Shown here: positions 34,054 to 46,273 of the stretch, piece after piece | Numbering within the stretch: the stretch's first letter is position 1 | Layout of the letters: every line of letters starts with the position of its first letter | Source of the DNA: Plasmodiophora brassicae | Lineage: Eukaryota | Direction of reading: 5' to 3' | NCBI GenBank assembly: GCA_036867785.1 | Contig: CP145413.1 | Coordinates: forward strand, 930,001-994,000 | Length of the DNA stretch: 64,000 bases | The notes under the pieces: generated by a model | Seen by the model: only the letters and a program-made list of their open reading frames with translations | Database searches by the model: none | What the model was told of the DNA's origin: nothing | Translations under genes and position numbers: made by a program

Positions 34054-34370
34054 CACGTATGGAGGCAGCGACGACGTTTCAACCACGGCAGGTGGACCGC
34101 GATTCGGTACTACCTGTGACGCGCTACCCTGTTCCCGAATCAACTGTATGTACACCGGGCAGCTGGGACTGCGCTTCTCGGCGCCCGCCGCGTTCTCGAC
34201 TGGGCCACTGACCGGGCCCCCACGCTACACGCCGTCATACGAGATAGACAGTACGCTCTGTAGCTGCAGCTCCGCTGCCGGAGAAACTTCGACGGTTCCG
34301 AATCCGGACGTTTCACTTTCCTGCCTCCAACCGGGTGGTTCACCTCTTTTTTGGCGGCACTGGTCGAGTG

Positions 34371-36408
34371 ATGGCGAGCGCTACTGGCGGCGAATCACGC
34401 GGGCAACGCGGTACGTCCCGGCAGGCGTCGCTGCTGGCCGGTGCCGTTGTGCAACGATACGACTGCCCGTGTACGATATGGCTTTGCGGAGGGGCGTGCC
34501 CTGGTGTCTGTGACCGACGGATGATTGGGGCAGATTGCAGGCAGGGCGTGTGTCAGGCGTCGTGCATGGCTGCGCTGGCGCTGACCTGTCATGACTTTGC
34601 GGAGCTGGTCGAGCGCGGATGGTGCCGCAGCGGGCGGTCGCTGTACCGTCCGGAGCCCGAACACAGTTGCTGTTCCCAGTTCTCGATGCGGATGGACGCC
34701 ATGCAGTTCAGGCCGACGCATCGTCACAAGCGTATTATACGGAGGCTTGATCGGTTAGCAACGTCGGCGGGTGCTCTCTCTAGCTGTATTGCGACGAACG
34801 GCAATCATGAACAGCAGCAGCAGCAGCAGCAGCAGCAACATCATCGGAAGCAGAAGCAGCAGCCGAGAAACAGTTCGTCGTCGTCATTCGTTGCCGACGA
34901 CCCGTTCTCGAAGCTCATTGCCAGCGCCTTGGTCGACCTGCTTCGTCGAACAGGTCTCTGCGACGAACTTGGTGAAATTCCGTACCCGTATCCACCATGG
35001 TTCTTGAGGCCAGGCCGTCATCCAGGGCACCTGTGCAGCAACGGTACGCACGCTCCTGGAACGATTACGATGCGCTCGTCTCACGGGCCCGTTCACAGTG
35101 GTGAACAGACTGGACGCGAGAGATCAGAGCGGGCAATTAGCCCATGCGATCGTGCATGACCTGCGTCATGCACTGGCCGCGTACGACGTGCACCTGTCCA
35201 GCTCGGATCGCACGGGATGCATCAATTTCGCTGCCTTGCGCGATACCGGCAGTCGAGAGTGCGACTGTGACGATAGCGCTGTTCGTGCATCGCTAGGAGC
35301 ATTCGCGTCGACTGGCGTGCTGGGCGGCTTTGATGAGGCGTTGCTGCGTCGATGGCATAAGTCGCGCTGTAAGCGCAAGAAGGAAACCCATGACATGGCG
35401 ACTCCAGCGTCGAGCTCCGGCCTCGACGAGTTCGCTAAAGCCTTCGAGCGAATGGCATCTGCGAGTGACTCTGTCATCGAGATCACTTTGGAGGACTGTT
35501 CGTTCACTGGTGCGTTCCGCCCGCTCGTTCGTCAGGGAAACGCGTCTGACGAGTTGTTTCTGTCTGTAGAGGAGAAGTACGCATTGTACGTAAACTATCA
35601 AATCGCCAGCCACTCGGATTCGCTGGAGAAGTTGACTCGAAGCCAGTTCACAGAGTTCATCGTAGAATCGCCATTAACGGTAGCGCATGCATTCGTCGTT
35701 TGGGGATACGCAGTACGGTTCTGAGGCATTTGTCTAGAAGTCACCTCTTGGGTTTGGCTCGTTCCACCGGTGCTATCGGTTACGTGGACGTGATCACACT
35801 CCACCGCGACTTATTGCTTTTAGCGTCATCGACATACTCCCGAGCGGTATCAACAGCCAGTACTTTGTCTGGGACCTATCGTTCCAGCATCTGTCGTTGG
35901 GCATCTTCTCCGTTCTTGACGAGATCCGTTTGGTCCAACTGTTGAACCGTTTGTTTCCATCATGTCGTCATTACTACATGGGTAGGTGCAACAGCGTGAT
36001 TATCACCCGCGCCGTTGCTGATATGTTGTTCTCAGGTATCTTTGTCACCGCGTCTCCGAGAATGCTCTACAAGAGGCAGTTCCAAGTAAGGCTTTCCGGA
36101 TCTAAGGTTGCATACCTGGAATGTCTCTGATAGTTTGTTTTCAGCCTGCTGAGCTCTATTTTCAAGGACGCTGGCTACCTGAAGAAACGATCGATAGCAT
36201 GGAGGCCGTTGTACCTCGACAACCGGTTGACCATACCTCAACTGCGTCCGACATTGACGCGGACGTCGTCGTATTCGTCGACAACCAGTTAACAACCTGG
36301 GGGCGCTTCTGCGAGCAGCGCCCACCGAGTCCGAGTGCGGTCCTCAACGTGAAACGGTACCGCGACCTGGTGGGCGACCTGGCTTTCACCATGATATATG
36401 CATTATAA
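34371..36408 (+). CDS. ATE1: Arginyl-tRNA-protein transferase 1, multi-exon
   Basis: LVERGWCRSGRSLYRP..SCCSQFSMR, EKYALYVNYQIASH, HYYMG, MLYKRQF. Confidence 0.88.
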
Positions 36409-36525
36409 ACGTGTCCCGAAGTTATCGGTATCACGGTCTGGCTATGTAGGTAGCACGATCTCGGTTTGTCGATCGGACGGGGCAACCCGACGAAGCGAAC
36501 GGTGTGCCGCAGTTTTCACGGCGCG

Positions 36526-37110
36526 ATGCAGTGTGCTGCACGGTTGATCCTGCAGCGCCTACGGGGACCCCATACGGTTCGGTACGCGAGCCGGGCCGCT
36601 AAGATCCCGAATGCAGCCCCGGAGATCTCGCCTGAAGACCTGAAGGAAGCGAGAGATGACCCCGGCGCCGACCTCGTCGTTCTCGACGTTCGTGAGGAGT
36701 TTGTGCTCGAGGTCGGACTGTACTGTCAGGCCGTGCGTTTGACACTGTTGTGTCTTTGTAGCGAAGAGATCGCATTGGCGAAGCTACGAGGAACCGACGT
36801 ACAGTACGTGACGTTAGGTGATTTGTTCGAAGCCACTGAACGTCCAACCGTCGAGGACATCGACCAGTCCGTTACGGAGGTGCTCCCGCCTGTCTGCACC
36901 GCGAAGGATAAACGCATCGTTGTCGTCTGCCACCATGGAGTACGCTCAAAGGCCGCTGCCGACATGCTCTGGCAACTCGGCTGGAGGAACGTCGCCAGTC
37001 TATACGGTCGGTCGTGTCTGCCTGTAGTATCGTCGGCTGTCCCTAAATACTCTTCAGGTGGCCTGCACCTGTACGCCGAGAACGTGGACCCGTCGATTGG
37101 CAAATACTAA
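36526..37110 (+). CDS. Single-domain rhodanese protein
   Basis: VVLDVRE, IVVVCHHGVRS, GGLHLYAENVDPSIGKY. Confidence 0.88.
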   Translation: MQCAARLILQRLRGPHTVRYASRAAKIPNAAPEISPEDLKEARDDPGADLVVLDVREEFVLEVGLYCQAVRLTLLCLCSEEIALAKLRGTDVQYVTLGDLFEATERPTVEDIDQSVTEVLPPVCTAKDKRIVVVCHHGVRSKAAADMLWQLGWRNVASLYGRSCLPVVSSAVPKYSSGGLHLYAENVDPSIGKY

Positions 37111-37236
37111 TGTACTCTGTACTACATACGCGGCCGCTCCCATCCATCGTCGATTATAGGCGCCAGTCTCCAGCAGGTACTACGCCGCGCGGGCTCGAGT
37201 CACAAGTGGCGACGGCGGACCCCGCAGCGGGCTGCA

Positions 37237-38095
37237 ATGATGATGCTGCTGGGTCGGCGCAGCGTCGTGCGTGCATGCTGTCGGGGGCGGACACTGGCGG
37301 TCGCAGCGTCATCGACGTTGCCGAAATCGAGCGATGAGAAGCTGGGCCCGGACGTGTCCGTCGCCTCGCAGCTGAGGTATTTGGAGAAGCTGGCGACCAG
37401 CAAGCTGTTCCGGGAGAACCGTGCCAGCCCGACCGCGATCTACGAACGCGACCTGCGGTACGAGGAACTGCTGAGCCGTGCGTATCAGAAACCGCCTGGC
37501 AAGCTGGTCGGCGAGACGGAGGCGTGGGTCGTGCTGGATTCGTACCGGAGGCATGGCAAGACGACCGTCTGGACGTATAACTCCTTCTTGCGGTACGTTT
37601 CCAAACTCAGCAGAGGGCACCATGACGCCGTCATCGATTTGATGAAGAAGGACGGATTGCAGCCGGTAGGCAGGATGATCTCGGTAATGCTGGGGGGTCT
37701 CACGTGGGTCGTGTTTGATGAAGAACGCGCAAACGTACAACATTCTGCTGGCGGCTTTGTTACGGTCGTCCAAGGTGACGGACGTAACCATCCTCAAGGA
37801 AGATGAACGCATCGCTGCCGAGATGGCTCAGAACAACCTCGTGCCGAGTCGCGAGACCTTCCTGCTGCGCCTCGAGATCTGCGCCGTCACGAAGCGCGTC
37901 GACCGCGCCATCCACATCTTCCGCGACGCCTGCAGCCGCCGCCTCGTGTTCGACCGCAGGGACCGCGTCTTCGGCCTGCTCGCCCGATGCGCTGCCGATT
38001 CCGTCAGCGTCCATCGCATCCGCGAAGCCGCCGCCCAGTTCGGCTACGTCGACGTCGACTGGACGCCCGCCATCATCGACCGCAAATTGAAATAG
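37237..38095 (+). CDS. Mitochondrial-type PPR-like protein; 1 intron
   Basis: Presequence; TVWTYNSFL..MKKDGLQP|NAQTYNILL..MAQNNLVPS. Confidence 0.65.
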
Positions 38096-38349
38096 AGCCC
38101 GGGGCATTTCGTTTGCGTGCTTCCCTGAATGGTACAAGTAGCTGGGTGCCGTCGCATGCAGCTCCCGGCCGCCGCCAGTGTGTGGCCTGGCGACTGCCGT
38201 CCCCCTAATTGTGGTGATGCGCGCCGTGCAACAAAGCGAGGCGCGCGTCGCGGGAACGCGGCAGTTCTGCGGCGTTTTTTTTCGTTGCAGTGTTGCTGCT
38301 GCGGCGGCCGGGCGTCCGAGTTGACTGCGCGAGTCGCTGCCGCGCGACA

Positions 38350-39282
38350 ATGGACTGTGCCGAAGAGCAGAGCATGGAGCTGGAGGCGCTCGAATCCATA
38401 TTCGACCAGGACTTCCGACGCCTGTCGGACGCGTCGTTCGAGGTCGCCCTGCGCCCGTACGCGTCTGACGACACGGAGGAGAGCCATGGTGGGGCACGCC
38501 GCAGTTCGATGCTCGCTGTGGACTCGGGGCTGTGACTGATGCGTCCTCGTCAGTCGGCTGCACGCTTGTTGTCGAGTATCCTGAGTTGTATCCCACGGTT
38601 GCGCCGGTGACGTCGATTCGACTGGAGAAGGGGCTCAACGAAACGCAACGGCAGGAACTTGAAACGCTGTGCGCGCAAACGGTTCGACGGATGACAGGCC
38701 CGTACGTTTCGGTCCACGAAGCTGATTGGGAATACAATGTAGGCCGAGGAGAATCTCAACATGGCGATGGTGTTCACGATTGCCGAGGCGATCAAGGCGT
38801 GGATGATGGAGAACAATGTTCGCGCGCTCACCGAACATGAAAAGGTCGTCGAGCGGAAACTTCAACGCGACAGGGAACGTGGCGTCGTTGACGCCGATCA
38901 GGTGCCGTGTTCATCGTGTTTGCGATCGATTCCCCGCTGTTAATGGTTTCCCTAGGACCACGATGCCAGTGACGATGAGGACAGCGACGCCGGCCCGGTC
39001 AGCCATGCGATTCAGAACGGGCACATGCTGACACTGGAGAACTTTGCCGAATGGAAGGCGAAGTTCGACGCTGAGATCCGGGAGAGGTGGCGAGAAGAGG
39101 ATCAGAGGAACGCGGACCTCGAAGCCGCCAAGCGCATGACAGGGAAGGCGTACTTTGAATCGCACGCGCTGTCGGGCACGTTCCTCGACGCCATTGAGAG
39201 GGAATGCGACCAGCAGCAGCTGGGCGTGGACATCAGCGCAGACCTGTACCAGGACGACGTCGGCGATGACGACTTTGACTGA
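38350..39282 (+). CDS. RWDD1: RWD domain-containing protein 1 (Gir2-like), multi-exon
   Basis: EEQSMELEALESIF, YPELYP, MAMVFTI, LTLENFAEWKAKF, RMTGKAYF. Confidence 0.88.
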
Positions 39283-39507
39283 ACTGTATTATTATATTGT
39301 CAGACGAATCGGAACGCGTCTGCATTAGGTATCTGGAAGCGTTCGAGAGATCTCGTCTGTCTTGCGGGAAAGCCGTGTTCGTCTTTGCCGTTGTTGCCCT
39401 TTCGAACAGCCGTTCGTAACGAATGGGGGTACCTTTCCACATGCCTCCGTAACGAATGTGATGCTCCGTTAGGTTAGCGGAATGCCATGTAATAATGTAA
39501 AGGGTGT

Positions 39508-42500
39508 TCATTGGCGGGTGGATCGTGCGACGACGACTTGTGTGACAATTCCATCACCGAGACGGCGAATGTCGTAAGCGACCTGGTCGGCGTTCAGCTC
39601 AACGCGTTCGCCATCGCCAGGCGCCGGTTGCATATACGCCAGCGATGTCCTCGACCGAATCCGCCGTTGCGCCCCTTTGACTCGGGCATCCAGGACGCCG
39701 ACGACGACGTCGCCGCCGAACCGGTCGTACCGGAACGTGGCGACACCGTCGAACGCGGCGCGTAGATCCCCGACCAGCAACTCCACAGCGTTCACGCCCG
39801 CCGACAACTGCTGGATGCGCTTCCTGACCGTCTCCGCTGACGGCACCGCCGCCTTGAACCGCTTCGCCACGCGCTTCGCCTCCTTCTTCGCGGGGAACAA
39901 TGTGTCGTCGGGGTACGGGACGAAGTGTCGATTCAGGTTGATGACCAGGTCCGCTCGCGACGTCGGCGTTCGGAACGTCGTCTTCCACGACGACGACGGG
40001 ACGGGTTCACTGGACTCCACCAGCGCCATCAGATGCGATAGTGACGACGACGCCAGGCGCACGATCCTTGCCAGTTCTGCTGCAGGTGGCGTTGCCCACA
40101 TCGACGCCGACACGTCTCGATACGTCCCGATCCTCATCGCGATGTCCTTGCGCGCCAGCGACTCCTCCATCTTCTGACGTTGCTCCATCGTCAGGTCCCC
40201 ATGGAAATCGACGACCAGCACCGAATTCGCCCAGTCGAACGACGTCAACAGCGTCAACCAGCGCAGGAACCCGCACAACGACGAAGACGGGACGACGAAC
40301 GGCGCCGGGTGCAGGAACACGTACGCGACCGTCAGGTCGATGGCAACCTCCGACATCATCCATGGGTCGACCTGGTGCGCCGCCAGCCATCGTCGCGCCA
40401 AACGGCACGTCTGCGCCATCACCGGGTACCGTTGCGTTAACGCGCGCAGGTCGCTCCCGATCAAGGGCAACTGGACCAGGTCGCGCTCCATGACGACGAG
40501 GTCGCGCGCGTTCGCATCCGGGTCGATGGTCTTCGACACGCCCGGGAAGTCGCGTTCCGCACGACGAATGGCGATCTCGCGGGCGTGGAAGATCTCGACG
40601 CGGAACGCGACCCCGTCGATCCAGCACAGCGTCGCCATGAGGAACGCGGTGGCCGGCACGCCCTGCTCCTGCAGCGTGGCCGCCATGCGAATGTGGACCG
40701 CCGACTTGATACGCGCGATGGCGGACAGGTCCTCCGGCCACCGGGACGACGACTCGAACTGGACGACGACAGGTAGCATGTCGTGGAACACCATCGGGTC
40801 CACGTCCGCGTGTTCGTTAACGGCCTCGATCGGCACCGGCCATGTCTGCCGCATCGAGGGGTGCGAGCACGTGATCGTCCGGACGGTGAGCGGCAGGTCC
40901 TCCAGCGACCGTAACGTTTCCGACAAGCGCTGGAAGGCGCCGTGCACGACGCTGGCGTCGTGCTCCCCGGGGGCCACCTTGTTCAGCGCGACCACGCCGT
41001 CCAGGTCGCGGGACGACGTCAACATGACCTGGTCGGAAACGATGCCGACGTGACGGTGAAGAATGTGTCGGGCGATCTCGAGCAGGACGGACGAATGGTG
41101 CTGGTCGTTGCTGTCGCGGTTCCAGACGACGGTTTCCATGATGGACCCGTCGCGGAAGCGACGAAGCTCGGCAGGGGCGCCCCAGAACTGTCGGAACTGG
41201 GCGGAACCGTTGACGTCGGTCGTCGCCGGACCTTTGTCCATGTCGCGAGACGCCTCACTCGCGTTCAGGAGTAAGCCGATGTCAATGCACCCTTGAGAGA
41301 CGTCAACGACATCGACGAACGTGACACGATCCGTATACGCTTGTGACAGGACGGCGTGCACGCGCTCAGGGTCGGCATCGGCACATCGCACGCGAACGCG
41401 AGCGTCGAACTTCAGGTGCGACGGGACCGGCGTCAGGAACGTATTCGCGAACGTCGCCGATTGCAGCGTGACATCGGCCTCATGTCGGATGCGATCGTAC
41501 GTGATACGGGAGACGTCGTACAGCAGGTTGCATCGTCCGCAAGGACCGACAAGAGTCACCGGGAACGCTGCCTGGAACTGGGACAGGGCGTACCCTTCGT
41601 CGTCGTTGACGGCGCCGACCGCAACGGCGAGGTCGGGCGTGTCGCGCAGGAACGTCAACAGGGCGCGAAACATCTGGAACGGGGACATGGCTCCGATGAT
41701 GCGCCCAGTGTCGAACAGGTACGCCAGCAGGCAGTCGATGGCGAACCCGGTCACCGACTTGTACCGCTGGTCGCGAAGCAGGTGGCGGTGCGCCATCCAG
41801 ATCCGCGTTAGGCACCCGGCTTCGGCCAGACCGGGGCAGCGTTCGTGACGATCGGTAAGGAACGCGACGTGTTCGCCTGCGAATTGCATGTGGAGAACCG
41901 TCTGGTTGTACGCTGGGGTCGGCAACGTCGGGTCCGGCTGCCGAATCGCGTTGCGTTGCGGGGCGATACGCCTGGGGATGAAGAGGTCGCGAGGCAGACC
42001 CGTCAGGATACGAATCGCAGTCAGGGGACGTTGACCGATAGGAGCGAATGGGGACGGGAGCAAACACGTTAGGGTTAACGATGGAAGCAGGGGATCGTCG
42101 GCGACTGTCACGTGGTAGCACGAGGAAAGCGTCTGCTGAGCGTGCTGAAGGTACAGAGCACGACGGACGTGAACGCGACGGTCCAGGTAGTCTTTGGCCT
42201 GGAAAATGGCCGCCGGGAGATCGAGAAGCACGTCGAGAACAAGCGGACGAGACGCAGGTGTCGTCCTCAGCGGACAGCTTCCGACCGCGCGAACACCGTC
42301 AGGCGGCATGAATTCGAACGACACGTCCCGAGACGCTGTTACGCCCAGCACGGTATCGTTAGCGGCAACGGACAAGACGCTGCGATCCGCTTCGGCAAGG
42401 AGCTCGGCGATCCGATCGCAGTGCTTCTGAACGTTCCGGCTGATGCAGGCCGGCAGTTGCATGGCCTGGACGAGCTCCTCAACGGCCAGCGCCATGGTGG

Positions 42501-42537
42501 CGGCTACGTGAGTCTCCTCATCGGCATTCGCAGCCAT
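39508..42537 (-). CDS. NOL6: Nucleolar protein 6 / Utp22 (Nrap family), intronless
   Basis: FQAKDYL, PTPAYN, FRQFWG..AELRRFRDGSI, FESSSRWPEDL, GFLRWL.LL..FDW. Confidence 0.92.
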   Translation of the reverse strand: MAANADEETHVAATMALAVEELVQAMQLPACISRNVQKHCDRIAELLAEADRSVLSVAANDTVLGVTASRDVSFEFMPPDGVRAVGSCPLRTTPASRPLVLDVLLDLPAAIFQAKDYLDRRVHVRRALYLQHAQQTLSSCYHVTVADDPLLPSLTLTCLLPSPFAPIGQRPLTAIRILTGLPRDLFIPRRIAPQRNAIRQPDPTLPTPAYNQTVLHMQFAGEHVAFLTDRHERCPGLAEAGCLTRIWMAHRHLLRDQRYKSVTGFAIDCLLAYLFDTGRIIGAMSPFQMFRALLTFLRDTPDLAVAVGAVNDDEGYALSQFQAAFPVTLVGPCGRCNLLYDVSRITYDRIRHEADVTLQSATFANTFLTPVPSHLKFDARVRVRCADADPERVHAVLSQAYTDRVTFVDVVDVSQGCIDIGLLLNASEASRDMDKGPATTDVNGSAQFRQFWGAPAELRRFRDGSIMETVVWNRDSNDQHHSSVLLEIARHILHRHVGIVSDQVMLTSSRDLDGVVALNKVAPGEHDASVVHGAFQRLSETLRSLEDLPLTVRTITCSHPSMRQTWPVPIEAVNEHADVDPMVFHDMLPVVVQFESSSRWPEDLSAIARIKSAVHIRMAATLQEQGVPATAFLMATLCWIDGVAFRVEIFHAREIAIRRAERDFPGVSKTIDPDANARDLVVMERDLVQLPLIGSDLRALTQRYPVMAQTCRLARRWLAAHQVDPWMMSEVAIDLTVAYVFLHPAPFVVPSSSLCGFLRWLTLLTSFDWANSVLVVDFHGDLTMEQRQKMEESLARKDIAMRIGTYRDVSASMWATPPAAELARIVRLASSSLSHLMALVESSEPVPSSSWKTTFRTPTSRADLVINLNRHFVPYPDDTLFPAKKEAKRVAKRFKAAVPSAETVRKRIQQLSAGVNAVELLVGDLRAAFDGVATFRYDRFGGDVVVGVLDARVKGAQRRIRSRTSLAYMQPAPGDGERVELNADQVAYDIRRLGDGIVTQVVVARSTRQ

Positions 42538-42803
42538 GGCTGATTGCTCTGGTGAGGTTGGTTCCCTGCGGACTCCGTCACGGACTCCGTGGCGGGCCCT
42601 CGTCAGGCGCCTTCCCGTCCAGGTGACCCCACAGGAACCCGGGACTGGGAGCCGTGCCCTCGGTCCAGTGCCGGGGGTGACGAGAAATAAGGAACAGGCC
42701 CTCACTTGCTTCGACGAGCAGCATCGTACGCCTGTCAGTGTGATCCAGACTGCGTCGTCGGCCAAGCCTATCGTATTCCGGTTCGGCGGCGCGCCTGGTT
42801 CCG

Positions 42804-44578
42804 ATGTCCTGGCGGCTGGTCCTCGTCCTGCAAGCGATATTGACGCTGTACCAGCCCGTGTATCTGATTAAGTACGCACGGCGCCGACAATCCTATCCAA
42901 TCCGCGTATGGCGAGCCAAACTTGCCGTCGTCGCTGGGGTCGCTATCGTCTTGCAGGAATGGGTGCTCATGATGTCAGACACGAACCCCTTCCGCGTGTG
43001 AGGTGTCGCCAGAAACGACTGACTCGCAGACAGCATTATGGCGTTCGATAACGTTCCGGTCGTTGCCGCCGCCGTTATCCTCGTCGTCCTGCAATCGTTA
43101 TCCATCGACGCCATCGTCTGGCAATCGGCCTGCATGTTCCATCAGCTTCGTATCGTCAAACAACAGGTACTCGAACCCCGCGTTTCACCCAGGATCGTCC
43201 TGCCGATAATATGTCCCAGATCATAATCGCTCAAATGATGGCGACTGGCGACACGTCATCGCTGTCCATCTCTCGACGACGAAGCCTGCCGAGGAAATGC
43301 AGCCGGTCAACCACCGAGGTGGATCGCAGCCGGTGGTTCCTATCTGTCAAGGCCATGATCGGCTTCATGGCCATCAACTGGGTCCTGGCGTTCCTTCCCG
43401 TCATCGTCATCTTGTCCCTACATCGTGACCTCCTCCAGCAACCTGCCGGGCACTGCTACGACCGGCTATGGTCTTCCTGCGGCCTCATGTCAGTTTCCTA
43501 TCGCATTGTTACCAGTACAGCACTGATGGGTCCCAAAGGGTCAGTATCGTCTGGATCAAGTTCGCGTTAACGCTATCTGTCCCTGTTATCGTCGCTTCCC
43601 TGTCTCAGGACATTATCGACATATCGGGCATGCGATGGTCGCTGAAGAAACTCGGCATGCTTCTCATCGGTAACTACGGTCTGTTGGCTGTCTTGATGAC
43701 GTTCGTGCCCGTTGTTGGAGCCGTCTTCGGCAACCTGTCCATTGTCGTTCTGCACGCCGTCTTTTATATCCTCATTATCAGGGCGGTCCGCGCGTCTCAG
43801 CCTCGGAACAACGACGCCAGCGTCGTTCCTGACAATGAGGTCGAGATGTTCCTCTCCGTGCCTTCGTTCTTCCGCGCCCTCCAGACGCACGCCGAGGCTG
43901 AGTTCTGTGTCGGTACGTGGCGATAAACGTAACGACGCCATGTCCGGTGGATAACAGTCGGCGCGTGTAGAGAACGTTCTGTTCTGGAAGGCGGCGACCG
44001 ACTTCAAGGGAGTGTTCGGTGCGAAGGACCCCGTCAGGCGCGTGTCGTCGCTCGGCCACGGCCACCTGATCGGTTCCATGAAATCGATCCTGCTGGCCGG
44101 CAAGCCCAAGATCATGCAGAAGGAAGCGATCAACGTGTTCAACACGTATATAGCGCCGGGCGCCCCACTGGAGGTACATTCGAGGCGAGCCGCGTCCAGC
44201 ACGCGTTAACGTTTGCGCTACAGATCAACGTTGACAGTCAGGTCTTGATCGACCTACGCGAAGACGTGTTCTCGTTCTTGGTTCGCCCGTCACCATCGGA
44301 CACGAAGGTGGTCCCCGAGGACGTCGAGATCAGCGACGCGCTCCTGGAATCCACCAAGATCACACCTACGACGTTCGACGACGCGAAACGTCAGATCGAG
44401 AAGCTGATCGCCAACGGTTGGGCCATCGTCTCGAAATCGGCTGTGCCGCCAATCTGACCCATCGGCCCCAGATATTCTGCCGAGGTTCCGTTGCACAGAC
44501 GTCGGGCGCGCCATCTGGACCGAGTTCCAGCGGCAGAGCATCAGGCAGACGCGCCGAATCGCCAGTAGCGCTACATAA
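42804..44578 (+). CDS. 7TM-RGS protein (membrane domain plus C-terminal RGS domain), multi-exon
   Basis: Several TM helices then EAEFCV|ENVLFWKA..VFNTYIAPGAPLE|INVD..FDDAKRQIEKLIAN|DILPRF. Confidence 0.85.
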
Positions 44579-44644
44579 ACCCGATGGCCACGTTACGTAC
44601 CGACAACGGTCCCCGCCCAGCCGTACCAGATAGTGGACGTCACA

Positions 44645-45305
44645 ATGGCGACGCTGGACGACCTGAAGGCCGTCCTGAGAGAGACGCTGGAGACGCGCGG
44701 CGTCCTCAGCCAACTCCAGGCCCGGATCCGGGCTGAGATCTTCAACGCGCTCGAGGACCAGGTTGGAGGCGTCGCGTGTCGTTAGTGTGCGGGTTGATCA
44801 CAGAACCGGATGCAGGAGCCGGATCGTCCGCGCCTGTCGAATGAGAACATGATCGTCAACGAGCTTATCCGCGAGTACCTGGAGTTCAACGGCTACCAGA
44901 ACACGTTATCGGTGTTCATGCCGGAGACGGGCCAGCCGACACCGGCGCCGTTCGAGGCGCCGTTCCTCGAGCAGCATTTGCACATTCGGCCACAGCCTTC
45001 CGGGCAGCACAGACTGTTCGTCGGTGTGCATACCGTTCGCGCTCGCTGACCTCTGGCTCGAATGCAGGCCGCTACTGTACCGTATCGTGAAGCAGCTGAA
45101 CGAAGGGAGAACGCACGACCGAGGTATAATCGCGTGCGTTGTTGATGCTGAACGTCGGCCAAACGTGAAAGTAGCGGATGCTATTAAGATCGCCCCGGTG
45201 GACATTGCAGGACCTGGCAGGGCCGTCATACCGCCAACGGTTCAGAGCGATTTCGACCCGGCGACTGGTGCGCCACAAGCGCTATCGTTCTCACACAAAG
45301 GGTAA
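44645..45305 (+). CDS. CEP20: Centrosomal LisH protein FOR20/FOPNL (CEP20)
   Basis: MATLDDLKAVLRETLETRGVLSQLQARIRAEIFNALED|..LSNENMIVNELIREYLEFNGYQNTLSVF. Confidence 0.9.
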
Positions 45306-45313
45306 TACAAAGG

Positions 45314-45942
45314 CTATCCCAGCGACGTCTTGTAGTGGTCGGGTTCCTGGTGGTGGGTGAACGCCTTTCTGCCGAGGATCGTGGCGAACAGGTGGCGCTG
45401 GGCGCGTGGTAGCGGCTGGATCCTCTCGCGAAGCGCGTCGCGGAACGTGTCGGCGTCCGACAGGAACATGAGGCGGACGAGAGGCGGCAACTCGTGCATG
45501 GGATCGATTCTGTCCGTCCGCGTCAGCATCAGATGTCGAAACTGACGGGAACGCGAGCAGTCAGCAATGGCAGGAGCCAATTGGATCGCAAACGTTACGC
45601 GGGCGATCTCGTGCTTGACTCGGCCGGTGACGCCGTACGCGAGGTCAATGACGCGCTGGGCATCCGGCGTGCTGCCTTTCACCGCCCTGCGAACACGTCT
45701 GAGCATCGTCATCCCTTCTTTAACGTGCCTGCAACGCAACGTCATCATCCTGGTCACACGCGCAGCTGGAACCCAGACCGGGGTCCCTACTTGGCGATTC
45801 GGCGCGTGTCGCGCTCGTGCCTATACCGTCGGAACATGGCGCGCGTCCTCCACTGGACGTACCAGCTGCCGACCGGGTCGAAGAATCGCTGTCCAGAGCG
45901 CAGCAACTTCTTGTACAGCTGCAGAGGGCGCAGCCGGGTCAT
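45314..45942 (-). CDS. LYR-motif-like mitochondrial protein
   Basis: LQLYKKLLR..RTRAMFRR..VIDLAYGVTGR. Confidence 0.55.
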
Positions 45943-46273
45943 GATCCGTCGGTTCCACTGCGAAACCTGCAGCTGCAGGGCGCGCCAGTCACGCAGCGCG
46001 CAGAATGCGCACTCGCGCCCAACGGCGCCCAGCAACGAGAGCTACTTTAGATCCAGATTAACAGCTGCCTCGCTCGGGTCGATAAAACCATTCCGCCTGA
46101 CCGCACTGCCCGCGCGCCGTTCTGCGCACGTTGACAGAGACGGCTAACATGACCGTGTGGGGGAGATTCAGCAATCGTTCTTTTGATTGCATCATTCGGG
46201 CGCCCAGTGTCAGAAGGCTGCGCCCGGCATAGCTGGCAGAATACCTAAACGGTCGAGGGTCGCGATTCCCGAT

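Noticed and set aside
34812-34865. CAG repeats in ATE1 (also in NOT2 at about 55710-55772 and 56413-56455)
   Set aside because: Ordinary poly-Gln low-complexity tracts
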